From the NCBI GenBank assembly GCA_903893565.1, contig CAITMU010000108.1, positions 24,415-88,414 of the forward strand: a stretch of 64,000 nucleotides of DNA, written 5' to 3'. This document shows, piece after piece, positions 29,148 through 38,502 of the stretch; the first letter of the stretch is position 1, and every line of letters begins with the position of its first letter. Source of the DNA: an uncultured beta proteobacterium (GTDB taxonomy: Bacteria; Pseudomonadota; Gammaproteobacteria; Burkholderiales; SG8-41). Under the pieces are notes generated by a model, which did not search any database, was not told the DNA's origin, and was given only the letters and a program-made list of their open reading frames with translations. Made by a program: the position numbers and the translations under genes.

Positions 29148-29867
29148 CTATTTATTGCGAAGCGCCTCCTCTACTTCTGCAACCGTCACAAAGCCACCTA
29201 ATTGCTTTCCATTAGGCAAATAAACCGCCGGAGTTCCATGCACGCTTAAACGCTCGGCCAAGGCTGAATTCTTAGCCAAAGGAGTTGAGCAACTTTTTGG
29301 CGCCTGCGCGAGTACACCCTTGGTCATCATCTGTTCCCAAGCCTTATTTCTATCCTTTGAACACCATACCGCTGTGGACTTAACCGTGGAATCTGGCGAC
29401 AAAATAGGAATTAAAAATGTGTAGACCGTTACGTCCGTCATCTTGGCCAGTTCTTTATACAATTGACGACAATAACCACAATTCGGATCTTCAAACGTAT
29501 AGAGCACTCGCTTGCCCGTACCACGAACGGTTTTAATTGCAGACTCTTCAGATGAGCTTAATTGTTTAGCAACCAATTTTTGGGTCGTCACTTCGGTGAT
29601 ATTGTGCGGTTTCGTGCCGCGCAAATCATACAAAGCCCCTCCACCCAACATATAACTCACCTGCAAATTGGTATAAATAACCTCCCCGTTTAAGATGACT
29701 TCATACAAGCTATCCAATGGCAATTTCACGACCGACTCTACGGCCATCTTCGGAAATTTTATAGCCAAGGCATGGCGTATTTTTATTTCATCACTGTCCT
29801 GGGCCACAACACTTCTAGATAAAATCATTGCGCCGAAGAAAGCGAATAACATCCAACGTAACAGCAT
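29148..29867 (-). CDS. thiol:disulfide interchange protein, DsbC/DsbG family
   Basis: 239 aa with a signal peptide, a CGYC thioredoxin motif and a downstream GTPA (cis-Pro loop). Confidence 0.8.
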   Translation of the reverse strand: MLLRWMLFAFFGAMILSRSVVAQDSDEIKIRHALAIKFPKMAVESVVKLPLDSLYEVILNGEVIYTNLQVSYMLGGGALYDLRGTKPHNITEVTTQKLVAKQLSSSEESAIKTVRGTGKRVLYTFEDPNCGYCRQLYKELAKMTDVTVYTFLIPILSPDSTVKSTAVWCSKDRNKAWEQMMTKGVLAQAPKSCSTPLAKNSALAERLSVHGTPAVYLPNGKQLGGFVTVAEVEEALRNK

Positions 29868-29893
29868 AAAATTTCCTTTTGAATAATTTTGAC

Positions 29894-31063
29894 TTAAATG
29901 ACTGCGTGATGAATCAATATTTTTTTTATTTGCCGTTGCCCTTGCAAGGTCCTGAGTCCGAAATTTCGAGCTCTTGCTATCCAGCTGTTTTCGGTCGCAA
30001 AAAGTTTTTGCAAGCCGTCGGTCACTACACGCAAGCTCAGCGCATCTTCTTTACGGGTTCTTTCGTAGCGACGCAGCAAACGATAGTCTCCAATCGACTC
30101 TCCTGAAACACGTTCTGACACTACTCGAAGCAGACTCTGTGCATCCCTAAACCCTAAATTAACACCCTGACCTGCCAGAGGATGTACGCTATGGGCAGCA
30201 TCCCCAACCAAAGCCAGTTGGGGTTGAACCCATTGCGCTGCTTGACGCCAATATAAAGGAAAAATCTGCGGGTCACTGAGGCGTTGAAAAGTCCCCAACA
30301 ATCCCTTTGTTGCTTGATGCACTTGGTGCGCTAAATCTTGGCTACTGCCTTGCATCAATTCGTTGGCGTGGGCATGATCTGTTGACCATACCATGGAAAC
30401 TCGATCTCCTGGCAATGGCAATAAAGCCAAAATGCCAGGTGCATTAAACCATTGAAAGGCACATTGCTCATGAGCCCGTTCACAAGAAAAATTAATGATC
30501 ACTGCGCTTTGTTTATAAACACTTTGCGAAGTTTTAATCTTCGCTTGATTTCTGACCCATGAGGAGCTCCCGTCTGCACCAATGAGTAAATGGGAGTGGA
30601 TAACCCGACCATCTTCCAGTTGTAATTCATTGTACGCGCCATTTACGGCCCAGCTCTGCGGTTTAACGGGGCAAAAGCATTGGATATGAGGCTCAAGTTG
30701 AATCCTTTCGGCCAGTATTCTTGCCAACGCTTGGTGCTCGATAATAACGGCCAGTTCCGATAAGCCAGCCTCATAAGCATCAAACTCTAATGGATCCGAC
30801 GCACTATCTCCGAATAGGCGCATCCTCTGCACTGAAGCCATTCTACTTTTTTCGCAGTATGACCATACCCCCAGCGATTGTAAAAAACTGACCGATCCGG
30901 GACTCAGCGCATAAATACGACTATCCCACCCGGTGGAATGGGGCGGCACAGTCGGATTGCTATCAATCAAAGCCACATTTACACCCAAAGCGCCCAATCC
31001 CAAGGCAAGACTGGATCCCACCAACCCTGCCCCAATAATCGTCACATCAAAATTTAATTGCAT
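29894..31063 (-). CDS. UbiH/UbiF/VisC-family FAD-dependent ubiquinone-biosynthesis hydroxylase
   Basis: 389 aa with the GAGLVGSSLALGL dinucleotide-binding motif, plus GADG..S.VR and GDAAH..HPLAGQG.N.G..D. Confidence 0.85.
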   Translation of the reverse strand: MQLNFDVTIIGAGLVGSSLALGLGALGVNVALIDSNPTVPPHSTGWDSRIYALSPGSVSFLQSLGVWSYCEKSRMASVQRMRLFGDSASDPLEFDAYEAGLSELAVIIEHQALARILAERIQLEPHIQCFCPVKPQSWAVNGAYNELQLEDGRVIHSHLLIGADGSSSWVRNQAKIKTSQSVYKQSAVIINFSCERAHEQCAFQWFNAPGILALLPLPGDRVSMVWSTDHAHANELMQGSSQDLAHQVHQATKGLLGTFQRLSDPQIFPLYWRQAAQWVQPQLALVGDAAHSVHPLAGQGVNLGFRDAQSLLRVVSERVSGESIGDYRLLRRYERTRKEDALSLRVVTDGLQKLFATENSWIARARNFGLRTLQGQRQIKKILIHHAVI

Positions 31064-31273
31064 ACGCTAATCGTGCGATGGGCACTTCTGTGAAAAATGA
31101 TTGGCATCATAGCTATTTAACCGGTCACTCAAAGACTCATTTTACAGTACAAGCTCCCTCTAACAGGCTAAGAAACGAGAAAGAACACCAACCAATCGTA
31201 GGCATTGTTATAGGTGTTCTGTGCTAAGCTTCTGTTTAAAATAACTTATCCTCACCATATTGGGTCAATTCGC

Positions 31274-31302
31274 TTGACAAGATTGTTCCCAGTAATTAGA
31301 CT
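31274..31302 (+). promoter_or_regulatory. sigma70-type promoter of the tRNA gene
   Basis: TTGACA (31274-31279), a 17-nt spacer, then TAGACT (31297-31302). A GC-rich discriminator TCGCGGC follows. The mature tRNA 5' end is at 31316. Confidence 0.55.
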
Positions 31303-31315
31303 TCGCGGCTATTTT

Positions 31316-31391
31316 GGCGAGTTAGCTCAGTGGTTAGAGCAGTGGAATCATAATCCATTGGTCCGGGGTTCAAATCCCTGACTCGCCACCA
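31316..31391 (+). tRNA. tRNA with CAT anticodon (elongator Met or, more likely, lysidine-modified Ile2)
   Basis: I folded a 76-nt cloverleaf by hand. The acceptor is GGCGAGT/ACTCGCC, the D-arm GCTCAGTGGTTAGAGC, the anticodon stem GTGGA/TCCAT with loop ATCATAA, and the T-arm CGGGG-TTCAAAT-CCCTG, with an encoded CCA. The D-arm and the variable loop TGGTC resemble E. coli ileX as I recall it. Confidence 0.9.
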
Positions 31392-31414
31392 AAATTCCTT
31401 AAGAAACAGTGACT

Positions 31415-31436
31415 AAGCCGCCTCGTGCGGCTTTTT
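31415..31436 (+). terminator. intrinsic terminator after the tRNA
   Basis: AAGCCGC-CTCGT-GCGGCTT followed by TTT(CATT). Confidence 0.7.
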
Positions 31437-31655
31437 CATTCCCTACACAGCGATACTGCGTTTTTTATGCGGTAGTATGCTGTTGTTTTAGTGGGAGCCC
31501 TCATACTGCAAAAATGGACCTCACCTTAATGAGGCACTTATTACGGGTGTGGTCTGTGGCTTGATATCGATCTTTACACAAACTAGACTGTCTTTAAATT
31601 TTTTGCAATCCATTTAAGATAACTCCCCCCTTTTTCGCTGCCTATTAAATCCATC

Positions 31656-32636
31656 TTGACTAACCCCACCTCCCAAGAGCCTGATGAAAAATTTCAGGCT
31701 ATGGTCAAACAACGCTTCAAAGGCCAACCTCACGAAATTTGTGATCTCGGTGCGCGCATTGTCGTTGGACGAAACACCCCGACCTCACCCGTCGATGGGG
31801 AAGCCTTGTTACGAGAGGCCGCCGCACAAGGATGCGCTGAAGCTTGGGGTTACCTCAGCGTTTTAGCCGCTAGCGGTGTGGGCCGATCACAAAGCTGGTC
31901 GGATGCCTTGGACTACTTAAATACAGCAGCGACTCAAGGTGCGTCTGGGGCACAAAAAAATATCGACCTCCTTCGCACTAACCTTCTCGGCTCGGCCGAG
32001 GCCGTCAACCGCTGGTTAAATACCGCCCCGACATCTAACGAATTAAATGTAAGTCCGCCTTTTTCTTCTCACTCAGAATTCATTCCAGCCGATTTTTGCC
32101 GTCATTTGATGCGAACTTCGGAATCTCGCCTCAAACGGGCCCAAGTCAGAGATGCTAAAACGGGACACTTAAAAATAGATCCCATGCGTACGAATTCCAG
32201 TGCGGCCTACTCTTTAATCGATACGGATCTTATCTTTCAACTCATACGGGCCCGTATTGCTCAGCTGGCCCAAGTTAACGTAAGCCAGTTGGAACCCAGC
32301 GAAATTTTGCATTACAGCGTAGGAGAGCAATATCAATTGCATATCGACTTTTACCATGCTTCACGCTCTAACTACGCAGAAGAGATGCGTATTCGCGGAC
32401 AACGCATTAAAACCTGCCTCATTTATCTTAATCAAAATTATGAAGGGGGCAGTACAGCCTTCCCCCAGCTCAATCTTCGTTTTCGAGGACTCAGTGGCGA
32501 GGCGTTACTTTTTAGCAACGTCGATGATCAAGGAGCCGGTCATATGAAAACAATTCACGCTGGAGAGCCCGTGATCCAAGGAAAAAAATGGATTTTTTCA
32601 CAATGGATACGGGATAAAGCGCAATTGATCTCATAA
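31656..32636 (+). CDS. Sel1/TPR-like repeat protein fused to a prolyl 4-hydroxylase-type 2OG-Fe(II) oxygenase
   Basis: The N-terminal half has Sel1-like repeats (LLREAAAQGCAEAWGYL..., LNTAATQGASGAQ). The C-terminal half has an H-x-D (LHIDF), a distal His (TIHAGEPV) and a 2OG-binding Lys (GKKWIFSQWIR). The TTG start is uncertain, and the next ATG is at 31701. Confidence 0.72.
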   Translation: MTNPTSQEPDEKFQAMVKQRFKGQPHEICDLGARIVVGRNTPTSPVDGEALLREAAAQGCAEAWGYLSVLAASGVGRSQSWSDALDYLNTAATQGASGAQKNIDLLRTNLLGSAEAVNRWLNTAPTSNELNVSPPFSSHSEFIPADFCRHLMRTSESRLKRAQVRDAKTGHLKIDPMRTNSSAAYSLIDTDLIFQLIRARIAQLAQVNVSQLEPSEILHYSVGEQYQLHIDFYHASRSNYAEEMRIRGQRIKTCLIYLNQNYEGGSTAFPQLNLRFRGLSGEALLFSNVDDQGAGHMKTIHAGEPVIQGKKWIFSQWIRDKAQLIS

Positions 32637-32715
32637 TCTAAAATAACCCGCAAAGATCAATGACCCATCAGCACTGTGATTTATTCTACCTCAACACTGC
32701 GCCACAAAACTCGCC

Positions 32716-33507
32716 TCATCGGCCTTTATACACGGGCTTTCTTTTTTCTACAAAAGCCAATGCACTTTCTCGAAAGTCTTCTGACAAATGCAATGTTTTA
32801 GGGCGAATGGAATAGCTTTTAACATCCAACTGCTCCAACTGAGCACGACGAGCCTCTACAATCGCTCTGACTGCCAAGGGAGGGTTTTTGAGAATCTCTG
32901 TGGCGAGCAGTTCGGCTTGCAACAGATGCTCACCGGGCTCCGTTAATCGATTTAAAAGATGATGGTGTTGCGCCTCTTCGGCCAACCATACCCGACCCGT
33001 TAAACAAACATCGTCCGCAAAAATACCTGCGCCTCGCTCACTTAACATCATCCAAAATGGGATGCCATCAATGCCACGCGCTACCTCAGTGACTTGAAAC
33101 TTAGTGCCTTTACTGGCGACCGTTAAGTCACAATAAAGCGCAATTCTTAATCCTACGCCATAAACGTAACCATGCATGGCCGCGATAATGGGTTTAGCCT
33201 GTGGGGGCTTGAAAAAAGGATGGCGAATATTTCCTTCCCGCGCTGAAGGCCCGCCTAATTTTTTCAAGTCTTCTTTGGGACGTAACTGACGCTGCTTTAC
33301 ATCAGCACCGCTACAAAACGCTTTACCGTTACCAGAAATGATTCCCACCATAGCCTCTTCATCATCATAAAACTGATAAAGTGCATCGCACAGTGCCATA
33401 CTCACTTCATCAGAAATAGCATTGAGCTTTTCAGGCCGATTCAGCGTTATATATCCAATTTTTTCTTTGCGTTGATATTCAACTAAAGCCATATTCGATT
33501 CTTTCAA
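32716..33507 (-). CDS. enoyl-CoA hydratase/isomerase (crotonase) family protein
   Basis: 263 aa with ITLNRPEKLNA, FCSGADV and a crotonase-fold pattern. Confidence 0.8.
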   Translation of the reverse strand: MKESNMALVEYQRKEKIGYITLNRPEKLNAISDEVSMALCDALYQFYDDEEAMVGIISGNGKAFCSGADVKQRQLRPKEDLKKLGGPSAREGNIRHPFFKPPQAKPIIAAMHGYVYGVGLRIALYCDLTVASKGTKFQVTEVARGIDGIPFWMMLSERGAGIFADDVCLTGRVWLAEEAQHHHLLNRLTEPGEHLLQAELLATEILKNPPLAVRAIVEARRAQLEQLDVKSYSIRPKTLHLSEDFRESALAFVEKRKPVYKGR

Positions 33508-33666
33508 TGAAAAGATTAATGAAATCTACAAAGTCATCTATCTGGTTATTGGGGGTCGTTCAATTTTTCTAATCCCTCACTTATCGCCAGTTTACCTATT
33601 ATAATCGTGCCAAAGCTCGCTAGCTTACCTTTAAGCCCTAAAATTTTTATTACCCTAAGACTCTTT

Positions 33667-34155
33667 ATGATTATCATGACTAAACGGTGGTCTTTTTTTC
33701 TGGCACTAGTATTTTTCTTACCGATGTCCGGTTGCATCGGCATGCCGCCTACCGATACATTAATCGGACAAGATAGGTCAATTTTAATTGCTCAATGGGG
33801 AGAGCCGCGAAATGAACAAACGCAAGATTTACTCACTCATCTTGAATACCACCGAGGTATCCAAACCTTCATTTTTAGTCTTAATACCAACCAACGAATC
33901 GAATCGTGGGAGCAGGTTTTAGATGAAGCGCATTTCGCAAAAATACACCCTGGCATGAGTACTTTTGAAGTCAGTTGGCTGATTGGTCAGCCTGATCAAA
34001 AAAGTCAGACCGGCTTCACCAATAGCCACATTTGGTCCTACCGGGATCAAAATGCATTGAGTTTTTGTCGATGGTTTGAAATTGAGTTTTCCGCTCTTGG
34101 ACGGGTGAAGTCGAGCGGCTATGATTACTTACCGTATTGTAAGAGCCAATTATAA
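33667..34155 (+). CDS. lipoprotein with SmpA/OmlA (BamE-like) repeats
   Basis: It has a signal peptide and the lipobox LPMSGC. Two BamE-like segments are present (...IAQWGEP..., HPGMSTFEVSWLIGQPD...WSY). I chose the ATG at 33667 over the longest ORF. Confidence 0.6.
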   Translation: MIIMTKRWSFFLALVFFLPMSGCIGMPPTDTLIGQDRSILIAQWGEPRNEQTQDLLTHLEYHRGIQTFIFSLNTNQRIESWEQVLDEAHFAKIHPGMSTFEVSWLIGQPDQKSQTGFTNSHIWSYRDQNALSFCRWFEIEFSALGRVKSSGYDYLPYCKSQL

Positions 34156-35931
34156 TAAAGTGGGTTTATCGGTCTGTGGGGATGCATGGGCCCGGTGCTG
34201 TCGTTGCCCCCCCTCACAAAGCCTACCAATATCTACGGCTACCGTCTCCAGCACTGTACTCCAGTCGCTGCGAGTGGACTGGCGATATAAGGTAAGGCTT
34301 GAATACCAGACACAGTCTGTACGATCCAACAACCATCGCCAATCGGGGACATAAGGCAGCAAGACCCAAGCCTGCAGACCCAAAGCCCCTGCTAAGTGAG
34401 CAACACTGGTATCGACACAGATCAGTAAATCCAGATTCGCCAATAGGGCAGCCGTCTCTGCAAAATCAGCATTAACCAAATCTAGCACGACACATTGGGT
34501 ATGGCGTTTAAGCCATGCCAATTCATCGCTTGATATGTCCTTTTGCAAGCATACCCATTCAACATCGAGATCAAACCAACTCACTAGGTCGGAAAGACGG
34601 ATGCTGCGATTCAAATCATTTTTATGATTTTTATTGCCTCGCCATACAAAACCCAAACGAGGACGTTTTTTTTCACCCAATTGCGCCATCCAATGATTAT
34701 GTTTTAGCGCCTCAATAGCCAAGTATTTTTGGAGGGGCTGGGCCTCAATCTGCATCCTATTTAAAGCAAGAGGCAGACTCATTAAGGGACAATGACAATC
34801 AAAAGCAGGCAATGACTCATACTGTATGACCCATTGATCAACACCCTCCAATGTCCTCATTAACCGTTCCAATTCGCGCGGCACCTCTAAAATCACGCGT
34901 GCACCCAATGCCTTAACAAAGGGGACAAAACGGCAAAACTGAATCGTGTCGCCTAAACCTTGTTCGGCATGAAGCAATATCGTTTGGTTTTTAAGACTAC
35001 TGCGCCCTAACCAAAGGGGCTGCAGAAAATTTCTCTTCGGCGAAGTGAATCCTTCACGCTGCCAACGCCATTCATAGAGTAAAAACCCTGCTTCGTAGTG
35101 ACCTTGTAGCAATTCGAGCAACGATTTATTCCAGTAGCTTTCCGCATATTGCGGATCAATTCTGATGGCTTTATCGTAACTGGACAATGCCCTTTCAAGC
35201 TGCTGCAATTCTTGTAGCAATACGCCGTAATTACTCACGACTTTTGCATCCTCGGGCTTTAGCGCGATGGATCGCTCATAGCCTATCTTGGCCTGAGACC
35301 ATTGAAGTCCTTGCTGCAACGCGATCGCCCGGTCCCCATGGGCCTGAGCATATTCGGGTTGGATCCACAAAGCTTTATCATAACTCGCAATAGCCCCCGC
35401 CAATTGCCCTAACTCCCTTAAAGCGATACCTTGATTAAAGTAGGCCTCTGAGTAGGTAGGGTTAATTGCCAAAGCGTGTTGATAACACACCATAGCCTCG
35501 GGTAGCACGCCTTGGCTTTTTTTGACATTCCCCCAATTATTGTAGGCTTCGGCATAAAGGGGATTATGTTGGGTGGCTAAACGATAACTCGCCTCGGCTT
35601 CATTCCATTGCTTCAAATACTGGTAAGCCAGCGCCAAGTTATAATGGGTTACGGCATGGGTAGCATCAATGTTTAACGCTTTTTTTAATACCGTAATGGC
35701 CAATACATATTGCTGACGTTGACCGAACAAAGTCCCCAATAATTGCAACGCATCAAAATGCCGTGGCTTTTTTTGCAAGAGTTGTTCGTAACAATACTGC
35801 GCACGCTCCCATTCCCCACGTCGATGAAAGGCCAAGGCCTCAGCCAACAATTGCCCCAGATCCTCAGACAGTGGACTCGCGAGCGCCTCACGTCCTTGGG
35901 AGAGAGTTTTATTGCGTGAACGTTTAGACAT
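34150..35931 (-). CDS. TPR-repeat protein fused to a GT9 (heptosyltransferase-like) glycosyltransferase domain
   Basis: 593 aa with about 8 TPR units (residues roughly 20-290). The C-terminal domain carries EQGLGDTIQFCRF..., CVDTSVAHLAGALG, typical of GT9-like TPR fusions. Confidence 0.75.
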   Translation of the reverse strand: MSKRSRNKTLSQGREALASPLSEDLGQLLAEALAFHRRGEWERAQYCYEQLLQKKPRHFDALQLLGTLFGQRQQYVLAITVLKKALNIDATHAVTHYNLALAYQYLKQWNEAEASYRLATQHNPLYAEAYNNWGNVKKSQGVLPEAMVCYQHALAINPTYSEAYFNQGIALRELGQLAGAIASYDKALWIQPEYAQAHGDRAIALQQGLQWSQAKIGYERSIALKPEDAKVVSNYGVLLQELQQLERALSSYDKAIRIDPQYAESYWNKSLLELLQGHYEAGFLLYEWRWQREGFTSPKRNFLQPLWLGRSSLKNQTILLHAEQGLGDTIQFCRFVPFVKALGARVILEVPRELERLMRTLEGVDQWVIQYESLPAFDCHCPLMSLPLALNRMQIEAQPLQKYLAIEALKHNHWMAQLGEKKRPRLGFVWRGNKNHKNDLNRSIRLSDLVSWFDLDVEWVCLQKDISSDELAWLKRHTQCVVLDLVNADFAETAALLANLDLLICVDTSVAHLAGALGLQAWVLLPYVPDWRWLLDRTDCVWYSSLTLYRQSTRSDWSTVLETVAVDIGRLCEGGQRQHRAHASPQTDKPTLL

Positions 35932-36163
35932 GCAGATTAATACTACCTTTTACAAAACAAGCAGGACTACATCCAGATACCTTTTTATAGTATTCCCGCA
36001 ATGCGTATTGCCCCCACACCCCTTCCTTTTTTATCCTCTCTGTTGCACTTAAAGACAGGGACTTTAATCGGGATATCCACGAACGCTTAAACCGATGGCC
36101 TACTGTTTTCAGTATTTTTACCGCGTTTGAGTTCACTTCTTTGACGAGATTGATCTTCTTCAT
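35924..36163 (-). CDS. hypothetical small basic protein
   Basis: 79-aa ORF with an ATG start 17 nt after the aminotransferase stop. Its stop overlaps the TPR-GT9 ATG (ATGTCTAA). It is very Lys/Arg-rich, and I recognised no family. Confidence 0.3.
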   Translation of the reverse strand: MKKINLVKEVNSNAVKILKTVGHRFKRSWISRLKSLSLSATERIKKEGVWGQYALREYYKKVSGCSPACFVKGSINLHV

Positions 36164-36180
36164 CCCATACGATTATAGGA

Positions 36181-37497
36181 TTATTTTTCAGCCATAGCCT
36201 CACGAATCGACTGCGATGCGATGTCCTCCAACCAAGCCAAATCCACCGTTTGGTGGGCCTCGCAAAGAAACCAAGGCTCGCGCGAATCGGGTTCAAGCAT
36301 GACGCCTTTTCCAATCATTTTCCAGGCAAAATTTCGATACAAGGTACTGTTGGTTAAGCGCCACTCACGATATGTCATAGGCACTTGTGGTGTAAAGTGA
36401 ATACCAAACATGGCCGGTGGTCCTGCAAAACAATGTTCAAGCCCTACGCTCGTAAAAGCACGGCTTAGCAAGGCTTGTATCTTGCCTCCCATTTGATCCA
36501 CCGTCTGCAACGCATTCGTTTCAGCCAGAATTTTTAACGTTGCGCTAGCGGCACTTAACGCAATCATATTGGCTGTATATGTGCCCCCATGAACCACGCC
36601 ACCGGGATGAGACCCCACCACATCCATCACATCGGCCCGACCCCCAAAGGCAGCCACCGGATAGCCATTACCCATGGCTTTAGCATAAGTAGTTAAGTCC
36701 GCATTCACCCCATACAAAGCCTGCGCTCCACCTTTGGCCACTCTAAAGCCTGTCTTCACTTCATCCATTAAAAGCAAAGTGCCGTAGTCATTACATAATT
36801 GCCTCAGCCGTTTAAGCCACTCTGGACTTGCCGAGATACTGCCACAATTACCCACTATCGACTCAAGAACGACACAGGCTAGTTTTTCCTTGTTTTTTAA
36901 AAAAACCGATTCCAGTGCCTCTGCGTCATTTAAAGAAATGATATCCACCCGCTCACGGCTTTGCTTAGGAATGCCACCCCCAAAGGGAATTACCAACGGA
37001 TCTTTTTGACTCAGTGGGTCCCAACTCTCCACGTCTGACTTCCACATCATTTCATCATATAAGCCATGAAATCCACCTTCCACAATCACAATCCTATCGC
37101 GCCGGGTATAGCCTCTGGCCGTACGCACTGCCCCCATGACAGCCTCTGTACCCGAGTTAGCAAAGCGCAATTTTTCAATATTCGGACACAATTGCTTAAT
37201 TTGCTTGACGACGTGCGTATCCAAAGCGGTGGAAAATCCACTTAAGGTTCCCCGTTGAGTGATTTGCTCTACCACCGCCTGATCAACGCGCGCATCCCGA
37301 TAACCTAAAATGATCGGTCCGTAGCCCAAACGAAAATCAACAAAACGACGGCCATCACAATCGATTAATTCACAACCCTGGGCCTGCTCAATAAAAACCG
37401 TTTGCTGTTGACCCCAATATCGATAATTTTCAGCCACCCCTTGTGGCATATGCTTTAAAGCTTCCTGCATTAATGCTGGCTGTTTACTAGAATTCAT
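36181..37497 (-). CDS. class-III (GSA-aminomutase-like) PLP-dependent aminotransferase
   Basis: 438 aa with F.NSGTEA...A.R.AR..T.R, the DEV.TGFR motif and YAKA.GNG.P. Confidence 0.85.
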   Translation of the reverse strand: MNSSKQPALMQEALKHMPQGVAENYRYWGQQQTVFIEQAQGCELIDCDGRRFVDFRLGYGPIILGYRDARVDQAVVEQITQRGTLSGFSTALDTHVVKQIKQLCPNIEKLRFANSGTEAVMGAVRTARGYTRRDRIVIVEGGFHGLYDEMMWKSDVESWDPLSQKDPLVIPFGGGIPKQSRERVDIISLNDAEALESVFLKNKEKLACVVLESIVGNCGSISASPEWLKRLRQLCNDYGTLLLMDEVKTGFRVAKGGAQALYGVNADLTTYAKAMGNGYPVAAFGGRADVMDVVGSHPGGVVHGGTYTANMIALSAASATLKILAETNALQTVDQMGGKIQALLSRAFTSVGLEHCFAGPPAMFGIHFTPQVPMTYREWRLTNSTLYRNFAWKMIGKGVMLEPDSREPWFLCEAHQTVDLAWLEDIASQSIREAMAEK

Positions 37498-38480
37498 GAA
37501 AGATTACCTGAAGAAGAATTCGTTTGAGCCATTGGGCTGTCTGTATTGCCTCGTGAGTCAGCCTGCGGCCTGAGAAATAATCCTACTCGTTCTTCTAGTA
37601 GTCGCACCACGTTTAATTCTCCGGCATTGTCACCGTAGGTTAGCCTCGCTTGCTCGAATAGCGACTGAGCAACCCCCCCCATCTTCAAATCGTAACCCTG
37701 TCGTTTGGCAATATCATTAATCAGGTTCAAATCTTTACAACACAGCGCCAAAGAAAAACTCGGGTCATAATGACCAGCAAAAATGGACGGCACATCATGC
37801 TCGGCGACCCAGCTATTACCGGCGCTGGACTTGATGGCCTCCCAAACAGTGGGTAAATCAATACCCGCTTTTGCCCCCAGCATTAAACCCTCTCCAATGG
37901 CTGCTGCACTGACAAACCACAACAAATTTGTCAGCAATTTTATTGTAGCGCCATTGCCAACAGGCCCTACATGGAAAATTTTCTCACCAATTACCTTAAA
38001 TAAGGGTAGGTGTTTTTCATAACAAGTTTTTTCACCTCCCACAAAAATTGACAATTTTCCTAAAGCAGCAAAATCAACCGCATTCGTCACTGGAGCTTCT
38101 AAAAAAAACAGTCCTCGCGACTCACAGTTCGTTTGCATCTCTTGTGCCAATTCGACTGAGCTCGTCGACGAGTCAATCACACTCGCCCCTGGTTTCAAGT
38201 GCGCTAACAGTCCGTTCTCACTTAACATCAACTCTCGCACCTGAGCTGGCCCTGGCAACGAAGTCATGATGACATCAGCCTGACTAGCAACACTATTTAG
38301 TGGATCTGCCCACTTTGCCCCGAGGGGAAGCAAATTAGTCGCCTTTTCTGGCACTCGGTCAAATACCGTTAAAGGATAACCCGCCCTCAATAGGTTAGCC
38401 GCCATGGGGTTACCCATATTGCCTACCCCAATAAATAATACATGAGGTTTATTCACTGAACCGTTATTCGATTGCATCAT
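37494..38480 (-). CDS. NAD(P)-dependent beta-hydroxyacid dehydrogenase (3-hydroxyisobutyrate dehydrogenase-like)
   Basis: VLFIGVGNMGNPMA Rossmann motif and a HIBADH-like core. An Asn/Ser-rich C-terminal tail of about 25 aa follows. There is a 4-nt ATGA overlap with the aminotransferase gene. Confidence 0.8.
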   Translation of the reverse strand: MMQSNNGSVNKPHVLFIGVGNMGNPMAANLLRAGYPLTVFDRVPEKATNLLPLGAKWADPLNSVASQADVIMTSLPGPAQVRELMLSENGLLAHLKPGASVIDSSTSSVELAQEMQTNCESRGLFFLEAPVTNAVDFAALGKLSIFVGGEKTCYEKHLPLFKVIGEKIFHVGPVGNGATIKLLTNLLWFVSAAAIGEGLMLGAKAGIDLPTVWEAIKSSAGNSWVAEHDVPSIFAGHYDPSFSLALCCKDLNLINDIAKRQGYDLKMGGVAQSLFEQARLTYGDNAGELNVVRLLEERVGLFLRPQADSRGNTDSPMAQTNSSSGNLS

Positions 38481-38502
38481 TTAATAGGCTGGTAATTAAT
38501 CT

